A stretch of DNA of 64,000 nucleotides from Nemertoderma westbladi (Eukaryota; Animalia; Xenacoelomorpha), in contig JAUCBJ010007223.1 of assembly GCA_032718475.1 (NCBI GenBank), positions 1,885 through 65,884 on the forward strand. The letters run 5' to 3'. The notes under the pieces were generated by a model that worked only from the letters and a program-made list of their open reading frames with translations, was not told where the DNA came from and searched no databases. A program made the translations under genes and the position numbers. The stretch's first letter is position 1; each line of letters opens with the position of its first letter. Positions 1 to 11,638 of this stretch are shown piece after piece.

Positions 1-2
1 TC

Positions 3-2939
3 CGATGTTTTCTCTCTGGACTGCTTGATGAGTTGTAGTTTTACTTCACCATCTAAGAAAGACATGGGATCAGCCATGGTAGGACTTCGTCGTTGTTGTT
101 CATTCATGTACAACACTTTCTTGTCCCAGCGTGTACATACTCCACCCTTTGGTAAAGTAGAGACTACGGCTCCAATAACCATGGAACTCTGATATTCATG
201 CGACTTACCTAACCAGTCCAGTTGTCTACAGATCTCTTGAATTTCATCGGAAAACTCTATAATCCCGCTACTAAGGAAGTGTCGGGGGGCTACTAATTTT
301 GCATACAAATACTTAGCTATGTTATCCTTGTTACCATACCTGATGTTTAATGTATCCCAAACTTGTCTTAATCCATCTGGATGTCCAATAAACTTTAACG
401 CCATTAACTTGGGAGGTCCTTCCAAGCACTTGATGAGGAATCTAAGTTTCTCTCCGTTAGATAGTACAGAGTTCTGTATGCTATCTTTGTAATATTCGTT
501 GAAAGGTAACCATTTCATCTCATCTCCATTGAATTTGACGATCTCTCCCACTTTGACCGCTTGGCGGGCTTCTGTTCTAGCCATCTGACGCGTAAAGCTT
601 TCTTGGGCCATCGTGTTATTTAATATCGAATTATCGGTATATAAATTTCTCGGATCATTATCAGGTCTATAGGGAATATCATTAATAACAGGTCTATAAT
701 CACCCTTAATAGGGTTTGCTATAGGAGTTTCAACTTCACTAGCAGTATAGATGCATGTAGGCTCCACACCTTGCGCATGTAATACTTCAGACCTAACAGG
801 TTGACACAATGTTACAGGGGGTATTGGTATGCCCTTTTGTATATTGACTAATTTGTCGCGTTCTAGCGCGATACTTTGCTGCACTTCTTGCAACTCTGCT
901 CTACCTTCCCTCACTGTTCCCTTAAGTTGGTGGACAGTCTCCTGCATCTGTCCTAGCAGGAGATTCATCCCCCGCCGTCCCTCTTCCACCCACTCAACCG
1001 CCGAAGCGGGAGTCGCCAACATAGTAGCGGGCTGACGCGGGACGACGGGAGACAAATTTTTGATTTCTCTCTCTGCTATCTGGACAGGGATATTCTCTTG
1101 GACTGTTCCACCGGGTACAGGCAGTGTAGTACTATGTAAAGGGAATTTAGAGTTAAGCTCTGGAAGTACAGGGGTCTCTAACACAGAAGTGACTTTGGGA
1201 ACGACAGGCCTAATTATCTCAGGCTCATCAACTATTGTAGAGAGTCTTTGGACCTTAATACTTTGGGCTGTAGGTTCTATACTACTCAAGTCTGTGCTAG
1301 CTAGCTGTCTTCTAACAGCTGGGGGCAAATCAGGCAATTTGCGACGGTAAGATGTTTTTCTACGCCTACTTAGATGAGATCTATTTCCTCCGCCTTCAGG
1401 ATCGGTAGTCTCGCCTTCCTCCGAGGATGTGTATCCCTGGCGCTTGGGAGTAGATTTTCTCATCATCTGCATTTGATTAGCAGTAAACTGTTTATTTATA
1501 CTGTCTTGCGTCTCTTGCAGATTTTCCAACTCCAATTGGATAGTCTCCTCAGAAGCTCTACGTTCTGCTTCTGCCACTGCTGCTTTTCTTTCTGCTTCTG
1601 CTTCTGCCGCCTTTCTTTCGGCTTCTGCTTCTGCCGACTTTCTTTCGGCTTCTGCTTCTGCCTCTGCCGCCTTTCTTTCGGCTTCTGCTTCTGCCGACTT
1701 TCTGTCGGCTTCTGCTTCTGCCGCCTTTCTTTCGGCTTCTACTTCTGCCGCCGCTGCTGCTGCCACCTTTCTTTTCTCTATCCGTTCTTTCTTTATTTGT
1801 TCTTCTCGGACTCTAGTGAGGCGGAGTTTTTCATCACATTCAGCTTGGTTTGCAGCTAACATTTCGGCATCGATTGAGTCCAACACAAGCTTGGTTCCTT
1901 CACTATTAGGGGAAAGTCCAGACAGCCGTCTCCTCAACTCTTCGTCTCCTAGGAATCGCTGATAGTCGGACAAATAAATGTCGATAGCGTCTCTAGTTCG
2001 CGGTTTCTCGGCGGTCTCTTCGCTTTCCGCTTGAGAAAGGGTGACATCAGTTTGTTCTTCATAGGTTGATCTCTCAGCCAGCTGGGATTTCCACTGGGCC
2101 GTTTCCTGTACTTTGAGATCTACCCGATGTAACCAAGTTTTGACAGCAACCTGCAGCGACGTGTCCTGTCTTCTTTTGGAAGTTTCCTCAAAGGCTGAGA
2201 GGATTAGTCGTATGCGTAGGGTTCTTTCGCATATTTGGTATAGCAGCTCTTCCTGCTCTTGAGTTCCTTGAGGTTGTCGAAACAGTTGTTCTTCCAATCG
2301 CTCCAAGGAGCCGAAGAATCCCTGCACATATCCTGCTGCCGACCTCTTCCAAACAGCTGGATCCATTGTATCTTTAGCCACTCCCATCCTGTGTATATCT
2401 TCCCAAGTAGCCTCGGACAGATCCAACGGGAGTCCGAGTCCGGGAAAGTTCCATTGTGACTCGACAATAGACATCAATTCTTCCCTGGCGTATCCCGCAT
2501 AATTATCTTGGGTCGCTCGCTTATTCCTCGCCCAGTCGGCTTGATGTTCCTCCACCGCAATGAATATAGTAGTTAGCACTGCAGCAGGAAGGGTAAGAAG
2601 GGGGTCCGAGTAGACTGTAGCAGCCATCTGCACTCCGCGTTCGGGGGTCAGCTCTACAGTATCCGAACTGCTGGAGCTATCGGGTTGCTGGGAAGTAGGT
2701 TCTTGACCAAGGTGTTGCTGCGATAGGACAACTGCCTCTTGGTTCCGTTTGACCTGTGCCCGAGTGCCTATGATGGACCTATGGTGGATTAGCCTAGGGT
2801 CTGATACTACTGGAGGGATGACCTTTTTTGCAGTAGGAGGTGAGTTGAACTCCTTTCTTAATCGCTCCACACTCCTATCTGTGTCACAGATAGTTGTATC
2901 GATCAGACTGTCTGACAGGTTTTGCTGAGTGTCAGACAT
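3..2939 (-). CDS. Gag-like polyprotein of copy A (N-terminal ~979 aa; open to the window edge, so absent from the ORF track)
   Basis: ATG at 2939 (MSDTQQNLSDSL...) reads without a stop into MAQESFTRQMARTEARQ at 611 (776 codons later). Homologous to ORFs 14577 and 20662 joined; includes a BEL-type Gag core (KFNGDEMKWLPF...LNIRYG). Confidence 0.88.
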   Translation of the reverse strand, partial: MSDTQQNLSDSLIDTTICDTDRSVERLRKEFNSPPTAKKVIPPVVSDPRLIHHRSIIGTRAQVKRNQEAVVLSQQHLGQEPTSQQPDSSSSSDTVELTPERGVQMAATVYSDPLLTLPAAVLTTIFIAVEEHQADWARNKRATQDNYAGYAREELMSIVESQWNFPGLGLPLDLSEATWEDIHRMGVAKDTMDPAVWKRSAAGYVQGFFGSLERLEEQLFRQPQGTQEQEELLYQICERTLRIRLILSAFEETSKRRQDTSLQVAVKTWLHRVDLKVQETAQWKSQLAERSTYEEQTDVTLSQAESEETAEKPRTRDAIDIYLSDYQRFLGDEELRRRLSGLSPNSEGTKLVLDSIDAEMLAANQAECDEKLRLTRVREEQIKKERIEKRKVAAAAAAEVEAERKAAEAEADRKSAEAEAERKAAEAEAEAERKSAEAEAERKAAEAEAERKAAVAEAERRASEETIQLELENLQETQDSINKQFTANQMQMMRKSTPKRQGYTSSEEGETTDPEGGGNRSHLSRRRKTSYRRKLPDLPPAVRRQLASTDLSSIEPTAQSIKVQRLSTIVDEPEIIRPVVPKVTSVLETPVLPELNSKFPLHSTTLPVPGGTVQENIPVQIAEREIKNLSPVVPRQPATMLATPASAVEWVEEGRRGMNLLLGQMQETVHQLKGTVREGRAELQEVQQSIALERDKLVNIQKGIPIPPVTLCQPVRSEVLHAQGVEPTCIYTASEVETPIANPIKGDYRPVINDIPYRPDNDPRNLYTDNSILNNTMAQESFTRQMARTEARQAVKVGEIVKFNGDEMKWLPFNEYYKDSIQNSVLSNGEKLRFLIKCLEGPPKLMALKFIGHPDGLRQVWDTLNIRYGNKDNIAKYLYAKLVAPRHFLSSGIIEFSDEIQEICRQLDWLGKSHEYQSSMVIGAVVSTLPKGGVCTRWDKKVLYMNEQQRRSPTMADPMSFLDGEVKLQLIKQSREKTS

Positions 2940-4299
2940 GTTTAGCTATACAGTTGAATGTCTACTACTATAGTTTCAGTTAAAGCAAGTCTGGTAATTC
3001 AGTATGACCGCAAGCCTAGCGATTTATTACCGATACCGTTACTCGGTGTAACATGATATATATACAATATATTAGAATGCCGGTATGCTTATAATATATA
3101 TAAGTATTATTACAGACTAGATTTGTCACAGAGTACCGGTATATAATTTTAGCACAAATATATATAAATATATAATAGGCCTATAGTGAATACCGGTATA
3201 CAGCTTACACTTATAGTATATATAAATATAATTATGAACTAGAATTAATTACAGAATACCGGTATGATTTCAGCTCAAATTTATAGAAATAAATATAATA
3301 AGCCTATGGTAAGTACCGGTATGTCAATTATTTTTAGAATAATTAAATTTCTGAATATTCTAAGGTTACTTGGTTACTTTAACTTACTTTATTACCGTTA
3401 TTTAAGCAGTAGTTCAACTGATATTGAGACCTAGTTGTTGTATGGCAGGCCTACTATTTATAAATCGTTTGAGTTGATTTATAATAGATATATACCCGTT
3501 TAAAAGGGGTTTTGTCAATATTTGAAATAAATGTTATTATTTCTGGGGGAGTCACTACACAGAAGCTGTACGCTCTCAGTGAAGTGTTACTTATTGAGAC
3601 ACTAAAACTGATAATTCTAATTTACTTAAGTTACTTAATACTACAAATTACTTACGATACGGGTGAGATTAATTCTCTAATTAAACACAACAAAAATATT
3701 ACGTACAAAATTTTTAGGGTAATTTTACAGGAAGTCTACAAACCAGCCTAACAAAGGGTTAGAATTCTGGTTATTACAACGGACAGGGTACTACGGTATT
3801 TGAAATAATAAGTAGTAGTAAATATATTGCACTGTCCAGATAGGAAAATACCACCGCCTGACGACCTATAACCGTATCGCTATAGGTACTACGTTATGTA
3901 TCACGGAGTGTTCCTACCCAGAAGTTAATAGAGCTAACGAATGTGCCTATCAACCACTTTACAACACAAATATACTGCCTACACACTAATTACTCTCGGA
4001 AGCACTGTACGCTAAACCCTAAATTAGGTACAAGTACTGGTACAACAAATAATCAGTAGTTAAATATACTTGAACAGTTAAAAGAACCACGGCATCTGCT
4101 GGAGTGACCAGAGCACAAAGTCACCAGTCTTGTCCTACGCCAAGCAGCCCGTGTAGTACCGGGGTTAATTTAACTATAACGGTATGTATAACAAGCACAA
4201 TTACTGTAGGGATAAACTTGGGGACATGAATGTTGCGAATAATCGCATAAACTCTGAATAATAAATATTACGCTACCCGTACAGAATACTCAAACAAAA

Positions 4300-4840
4300 T
4301 ACAAACCAAACGCTGGCAGACTACCACCAAGCCTAAATAAACTACCGTACGTGTAGCTTCTGAAATGGTTAGTTAGTATGCGTTCTAACACGGTAGTACG
4401 ACTTATTCTTTAAGAGGGGATTGACCTTACAGCATATGGCTGCCCCAACTTACTAACGGCACTTTATCAGACAAACTCCACACATACAGCAATCTCTTCA
4501 GACCTAATAATAGCTAGACAACAATCCAGCCTACAAAATATCTGAGTAATAACTATTACGGTACCTGAACAGACCACACAAACAAACACAGGCTAAAACA
4601 CTGGCAGACTACGATCAAGCCTAAATAAACTACAGTATATGCAGATTCTGAAATAGTTAGTTAGTATGCGTTCTAACACGGTAGTACGACTTATTCTTTA
4701 AGAGGGGATTGACCTTACAGCATATGGCTGCCCCAACTTACTAACGGCACTTTATCAGACAAACTCTACACACGCCGTAATCTCTCTAAACCCAACAACA
4801 GTCAGACAGCAGCTCAGCCTACAATTATCTGAACAATCTG
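4300..4840 (-). repeat. ~288-bp tandem duplication in the leader of copy A
   Basis: GCGTTCTAACACGGTAGTACGACTTATTCTTTAAGAGGGG recurs at 4380 and 4668; boundaries approximate. Confidence 0.8.
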
Positions 4841-5187
4841 AGCAGGGTCACACGCCTTCTGCTCAATATTAGCCTACTAGTAAATAAAACCGACAGAAAT
4901 AAGTAGAATCTCAATAAAAATTCAGGGCTGCAGTCCCTGATTAAGTACTAAGACCTACCGGTATACACTAATCAAATTCGAATAATACTAATGTACTGAT
5001 ACAGCAGTACCGGTTAGGACAGTTGGGCCTACAGACCTACAGAAGTACCGGTTCTGGCAGTTGGACCTACGGACCTACAGCAGTACCGGTTCTGGCAGTT
5101 GGGCCTACTGACCTACAGAAGTACCGGTTCAGGTTTACCGGTCACTACGGTATTTTGCAACCTTATTGCTTACTGCAATAAGATCGT

Positions 5188-5197
5188 TAACTGTTAT
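5188..5197 (-). promoter_or_regulatory. Non-tRNA primer-binding site candidate of copy A
   Basis: Minus-strand ATAACAGTTA directly follows the LTR end and is complementary to LTR-internal 5962-5971. No TGG tRNA-type PBS is present. Confidence 0.65.
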
Positions 5198-6416
5198 TGT
5201 TCGCGCTTTTGAAGACCTTTAGCAGTTTAACCTGCCAAAATTTATATGTCTTTTAGTTAATTAAAACACCTTTAGCATACGACAATATTTTATGCTAATA
5301 AACAAAACATTAGCCGAAGTCAGCCCATGCGCGATTATTCACCCGATGGCTACGCCCGGGAGGCTGAATTCGGATGCTTAAATTTTATTATTGCAGTGTA
5401 AGGTTGCAGTGTAAATCTACTGTATTATTCAATTGATCACTAATATATAATTTCTGACAGATATTATTAGCTTTCGGGAAATATTAACAGTTCCTTTAGG
5501 ACGTGGCGCTCTATCTATTTAAACAGAACTAGGACTTATACTAAACGCAACGATACTGCTTATGATTAAAGTATAAGGCGCATTCTTTAGGAAATGCTTT
5601 GTTACCAATCACAATCATGCACACTATTCTGCCGACCGTCAGTAAATTTGATCACACATAAAGAGAGCAGCAATTGACTCATGTAGGGTCTGCTAAATAA
5701 CATTAGATTCAATACACGCCACATTGATATAAAATCGCAATTGTTATGTATAGCCTGTCTCTCTAACCTGTAGTGTATCAAGAAAATTGGGAATTTTGGG
5801 TGATTTATCCGTATTCTCCAAAGAGCAATATTTCCTCAATAAATCGATACAATTAATAACTGACGGTAAATAACAGTACAAACAATATAATTAATAAGTA
5901 AAGTTCGGAAGAATAATATGATTATTAGTGAGTTAGTTAGGTAGGTAGGTAGGTAGGTAGGATAACAGTTATACTTTCGATAATTTAAGCAGTTTTACTA
6001 GAGTTCTTCCCAAAAGCCGGTGTTATGGCGAAAAATGGGAACACAACAACAGAATCATATGAAGAATCATATGACTAGATGACTATACGAGGATACCAAC
6101 TACCCTTATTCCCCGAAGCTCCCGTCCAACACAGAGGATGAGCATACAGATAGGAAATTCAGTTCAGTAGCTCTGGGATAGGTCAAAATCAACGCCCACT
6201 CAAATTCTATTGGCCGATACGGACAGCAGGGCTGAGGCAACCTCCCTAAGCTGGTTGGCCGATTAAACGGAGCCCAGATACCTTCGTACAGCACATCAGC
6301 CAATAAGCTGGTAGCTTGCACTATTTTGCTATAGATCCCTTTTAGAGTATTCTAGCGACCGGGGGGGAACTGGCCAGCAAGGCAAACGAATCAGTTATCC
6401 CACAAAAGCTTTTACA
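5198..6416 (-). repeat. 5' LTR of copy A (1219 bp)
   Basis: Minus-strand TG...CA termini match the copy B LTR ends; the downstream ~770 bp aligns with 10690-11447. Confidence 0.85.
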
Positions 6417-7420
6417 GCTCAATTACAAGACGTGCGTGACGTCACTGTGACGTCACTGTACTCACGGTGAAAGCAAAGTCCATCAAATATGAGATGGCTC
6501 TGTTCAAGTGTCAAGTTAGGGGGATGGGGGTGGGGTGGTGTTGGGGGGGGGGGGATGAGCAATGAGACACCTCCAATGTTATATAGTGCATTGTACTTGG
6601 CATAATGAACCCAGTGAACTATTCTTGTTGAACAGTTAGAGCCCAGCGTCTAGTAGGTCTACATAAAAGTGGAAAATATTGATGGAGTTCCACCACTTCC
6701 CTGATTCTGATAATCGAAGCCACATACGGTAAGTAGCACATTTGTTACAGTTACATTTTGGCATCTAGCGGTTGATAAATAAAATATAAACATTAAACAA
6801 ATTACAATAGAATAGGTTACAGTTTTATTTTTGAGAGTAATCAGCTGTTATTTGCGTCAAATTTCCCCTGGAGAGGGATTAATTTTTATTGCGTCCAGTT
6901 TTATTGCTCCCTCTCTGAGTCATTTAGTTATTTTATGAGTTATTTGTCCACGGGGAGTTAACGAAACCCTCTGCTAAAAAAAAAGGCTGATAAATAATGT
7001 CATAAGGATATAATGAGATTTACAAGAGTCTCAATTGTCAAACACTGTAAAATAATATATGCGCTGAACCATAAAGAAAATAATAATTAATATTTAGGGT
7101 TTGTTGATAATTACTTAAAGACAGCGAACCTGCTAATTTTAAATTATTGCTTATACAAAATGGTGTCATTGCGTTACGGGTACTGTCGCGCTACGGCTAA
7201 TTATCGCGTTACGGCTATACTGTCTTGGTTTTACATAAGGAATCATTATCAATATTATTCTATGGTAAATATAAATTAATACTTTTCAATTGTGCTTATT
7301 TCTTTTGATTATTTTAGTATAATAATTAAAAATATATATATAATATTCTATGGTGTTTACGTACAGATGAGCTGCGAATAATTTAATGTAATAATGTTTT
7401 ACAGCATGGGGGGGGGGGGG

Positions 7421-7625
7421 TGTAAAAGCTTTTGCGGAATTGCCCGGTTATTTTTCCTTATTTTTCCCGTAAAATACTCTGTAGTTGGTTTAGTAGGCGT
7501 AAGAGGCCGTATTATTGCTGTATCGGTGTTTTTTAGAGGACCTAAGAGCTATTTCTTCCCTATGTGCACTTTGGAAGACATGGTTGGTGATTCTATGGCA
7601 ATTCTATGACGCAAAAGGGGCTAGA
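7421..7625 (+). repeat. 5' LTR of copy B, left segment
   Basis: Matches 26377-26581 with 3 substitutions. Confidence 0.9.
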
Positions 7626-7801
7626 CGGTCAGGGCCCTAAACCGATTAGGTTCTCTGTTCGCAGAACACCGAACACTATTCCGGCCACGGAACTAGTCCA
7701 GCAGAATGCCTTTATAGAATCCTGGGATTTGTGGGACGAGAGGATCTCAGCAACTAAGCGAAAACGAACAATAGGATGTTCCTAGACCCCCCCCCCCCAA
7801 A

Positions 7802-9630
7802 ATTTATCTAGAAGACTTTTTCCCATATACATTACGTTTCAAAAGTCTACGGTTCTCCGGCTAGGGCCAATTTGAGTCAAAAAGTCAGCCTCCCTAGCAA
7901 CCTCGTTGCTATGGAGATAAGTCCAGAACCGCTAATGCTACGGACTTGGGACCGGCGCCAAACTGTAGGCAGCATATGGGTTTACCTTCACAGAGCTTTT
8001 TTTTGGAGCGATCAGATCATGATCTTGACCATGATCAGCAAAGATCAGTTTTGATCAGCAATCGGACACTCAAGGCTTGCTCCAATCGAAAAACTTAACA
8101 TTACAAAAAGATTCAGCGACCCCACATTAGTCATGATTCCCGTTAAAAGATTTTAAAAAAAGTGAATTCTTACTGGTCAAAACGCAAGATCATGATCGCG
8201 CAAAGATCGGACTTCGTAAAATCGTAACTAAGCATTTTGGATATAAACAATTACTGTAGGAAACGTTCAGAACACCGCCTTGAGTCGATTAAAAAAAAAA
8301 TTGGCTCAATCGGACAACCGGTTCTCGAGATCTGATACCTGATCATTAAAGATCATATTTTTCGGTTTTTTCCAATTTTCTCGAAAACTTTGTTTGAGAC
8401 CCCCGATTTTTTTTTTACGAATCGACTTCTATGGTGAAGGGGCAACTTTTAAGCATTTCGAAATTTTCAAAAAGCGATTTGATCAGGCCGCGATCAGAAA
8501 AGATCGTGTTTTTGGTTTTATTTCGAAGACCAAGTCCTGGGAGTTCACCGTATGGAAAAACTTAACATCACAAAAAGATTCCTCACCCTCGAATTATGGG
8601 GGGTAGCCAAAATTTGGGCATAAAAAAGTTCAAGTCTAGTGGGTCAAAACTCAAGATCATGATCGCGAAAAGATCAGTGTACTTAAAATCGAATCTAAAC
8701 ATTTTTTTAATAAACATTTATTGTAAGAAATGTTCAATGGTCTATTCTGAGTTGATTAAAAAAAAAATTGGCTCGATCGGTCAACCGGTTCTCGAGATCT
8801 GATACCTGATCATTAAAGATCATATTTTTCGGTTTTTTCCAATTTTCTCGAAAACTTTGTTTGAGACCCCCGATTTTTTTTTTACTAATCGACTTCTATT
8901 AAGAAGGGGCAACTTTTAAGCATTTCGAAATTTTCAAAAAGCGATTTGATCAGGCCATGATCAGGAAAGATCGTGTTTTCGGTTTTATTTCGAAGACCAA
9001 GTCCTGTGAGTTCACCGTATGAAAAAACTTAACATTACAAAAAGATTCCTCACCCTCGAATTAGGGGGGGTAGCCAAAATTTGACCATAAAAAAGTTCAA
9101 TTCTAGGGGGTCAAAAGATCATGATCGCGAAATGATCATTTTTTCGAAATTACTTCTGAGCATTTTGGAGCAAAACTGTCAAATTAAAAAACATTCACTG
9201 GAGTGTTCTAAGTAGATTAAAAAAAATTTCGACTCAATAGGCCAACCGGTACCGGAGATATGGTCGTCCAAAGTCTGCTTCCGGTAATTCGAAAATATTT
9301 CGAAAACCCTTGATCGAATTTTTTCCTTGAAAATATGTGAATGTACAGTTAGTGGACCCGCATCTAACGATATATCACAATCCATATTTCAGATGACAGG
9401 TACCGGTGAAATCAGACTTTACCGAAAAAAATTTAAATTTTTGCTACTCATGTCTGACTATCTCGAAAACTATAATAGGTATGGAAATACTTTCACTGCA
9501 AGAAATGTTCGCCTATCCAATGCGCTTCTAACTCTGTGCTCGGATTTTGCATAGTGTCAAAACCTACAACTTAACCCCCCCAGCGGAGGGAACGGAGTGA
9601 CCGGAGCGCCAGTACTATCTTTCATTATTA
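7802..9630. mobile_element. Probable non-autonomous element with internal ~465-bp tandem repeats (HINE/Helentron-like), inside the 5' LTR
   Basis: About 3 units (TTGGCTC...CAACCGGTTCTCGAGAT at 8301 and 8768, diverged at ~9229), no ORF, GC-rich terminal motif at 9576-9617. Family and boundaries are inferred. Confidence 0.4.
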
Positions 9631-10430
9631 TGAAGTAATAAGGGCGGTGGGTGGGGTAGGTGGTGAACACTATTTATAGGGTGGAGGGAGGGTCTAGTAT
9701 ATTACTTTAGGATATTTGATTTCTTTGCAATATAGTTTAGCTGCCTCAGTCTTATTTGTAATATGTTATACATTATACCAAATTATATCAAGTTTTAACA
9801 TACTACATTGTCTACCTGTAGGAGAAATATACAATGTAGGGCTCATAATATATTTATAAATAGATTTAGTATATTTACATTGTATAACAGAGTTAATTGA
9901 TACTATTACGGTATTATACTAAAGACGCCGCTTTGATATATCTAATCAAATGGCAATTTCTTGTATATTATCTATTTCCCTATCTTGGGTATATCATTCA
10001 ATTTCTAAAACTATAATAATAAACATTTACTTCACTTCTTGTTTACTCGCATGGATATATTGATATAAAACACTTCAGTATAATATGTTATAGGGCCGAA
10101 CGCAGATTAATCGGAATAATATGTTTAATTATTATTACAATTGGCACATTGATGTAAGTAGTACATGAGTTTGATAAAATAATTATGAATCTGTATCTTA
10201 TTCTACTTTGTCTATATGATTATGTTATATAATAATGTTACTTTATCACTTTGGTTTAAACCGATCTCCTTTACTATTACTTACTACTTATACTACTACT
10301 ACTACTACTATTACTACTACTGCTACTGACTACTACAGAGTTATATATTATAAGAGGACGGGGTTCGTGATTATTAGTTATTATACAAGTGCCCCTCGGC
10401 TATAGAGAGTCCACCCTCGGTTGCTTACTG

Positions 10431-11447
10431 GATACTCTTGAACAGTAGTTACTATGACGACGGTTAACAGCTGATATTCATACGTGTCGATTTTCTTTGT
10501 TCTACGGCTTCTCTTAGTTCAGTCAACCAATCAGAGCGTTTTTACGGCTCTTGTACAGAAATTTCCGAGAAATCACGCAATGCATTATGGGCAGTGTTAT
10601 CATTCTGTCCTGAGCCAGGAAGAACGGCTTTGGAATATTTTGTGCTGTTCTGCTTTTAGCCTAACACTAGTAGGCTTAATTATAAGGACATATATCCGTT
10701 ATCTGTGCAACTCAATACTTACCTACTAACCTAACTCAACTGGGCAATGCATATATCTTGTTGTACATACTTTTATATTGTTATACTGCTATTTACTGTC
10801 GATTATTCATTATATGGTGATGAAATATTATATTGGAATAACGAGAAATAACCCCGAAAACCCAATATTCTTGATATACCGAAGGTAAGAGAGACAGGTT
10901 ACATATAACGATTGTGACTTATGTTAAAGTGGTTTGAAGTGAATCTAATGTTATCTGATAGACCCTACATGAGTCGGTCTGTGTTCCTTTTATATGTGAC
11001 TAAAATCAGTGAAGATCGGCAGATCAGTGTGCAGTATTGTGCAGCATTGTGTATGAGTGAGACTGATAACGAAGCATTTCCTAAAGAATGCGCCATATAT
11101 GTGAATTGTAACTAAGCCATATCGTTGCGTGTAGTTTAAGTCATAACTCTGTTTATATAGATAGAGCGCCACGTCCTAAAGGAACTGCTAATATTCCCCG
11201 AAGGTGAATAATATTGTCAGAGATTATATAACACGATCAGTCGAATAATACAGTAGGCTTACATAGCAATACGATTAAGCCGTCGAACCCAATCTCCCGG
11301 GTATATCCAGCGGGTGAATGATCGCGCACGGATTGGTTTCAACTAGTGTAGTGAATCAAATACTTGTCAGAGGCTAAAAGCGATTTATTATCTAGAAGAC
11401 ATCCTAATTTGGCGGGTTAAACTGCCAAAGGTCTGAAAGCGCGAACA
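10431..11447 (+). repeat. 5' LTR of copy B, right segment
   Basis: Appears identical to 26580-27596 at a constant offset of 16149; the three short ORF-track translations in each are identical. Confidence 0.93.
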
Positions 11448-11462
11448 ATAACGGATATATGT
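11448..11462 (+). promoter_or_regulatory. Non-tRNA primer-binding site candidate of copy B
   Basis: ATAACGGATATATGT directly after the LTR is the exact reverse complement of ACATATATCCGTTAT at 10688-10702. Confidence 0.7.
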
Positions 11463-11638
11463 GTCTGTATTGCAGTGTAGGCATTAAATACAGTTTAATA
11501 TTGTTCTGGTAAGAACAATAACGGATATCGCTTCTGTATTGCAGTAGGCAATAAAGCTGAAGTACCGGCAACCGGTACCCAGTAGGCCTGACTACCTAAC
11601 CACCCGGACCGGTACCTACAGCAGTACAGGTACAGCAG

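Larger units (their letters stand above)
1..6416 (-). mobile_element. BEL/Pao-like LTR retroelement, copy A (5' LTR, long leader and Gag ORF; runs off the window start)
   Basis: Reverse complement is colinear with the element at 7421-27596: same LTR termini (TGTAAAAGCTTTTG...GCGCGAACA), homologous ~2.3-kb leader and homologous Gag ORF. Confidence 0.9.

Noticed and set aside
829-2467. Short track ORFs, including the Cys/Phe-rich 161-aa ORF
   Set aside because: Antisense or alternate-frame shadows of the minus-strand Gag ORF and its AEAERKA repeats.
10484-11172. Three short ORFs duplicated at 26633-27321
   Set aside because: They lie within the LTRs, so the duplication reflects LTR identity; no motifs support coding.
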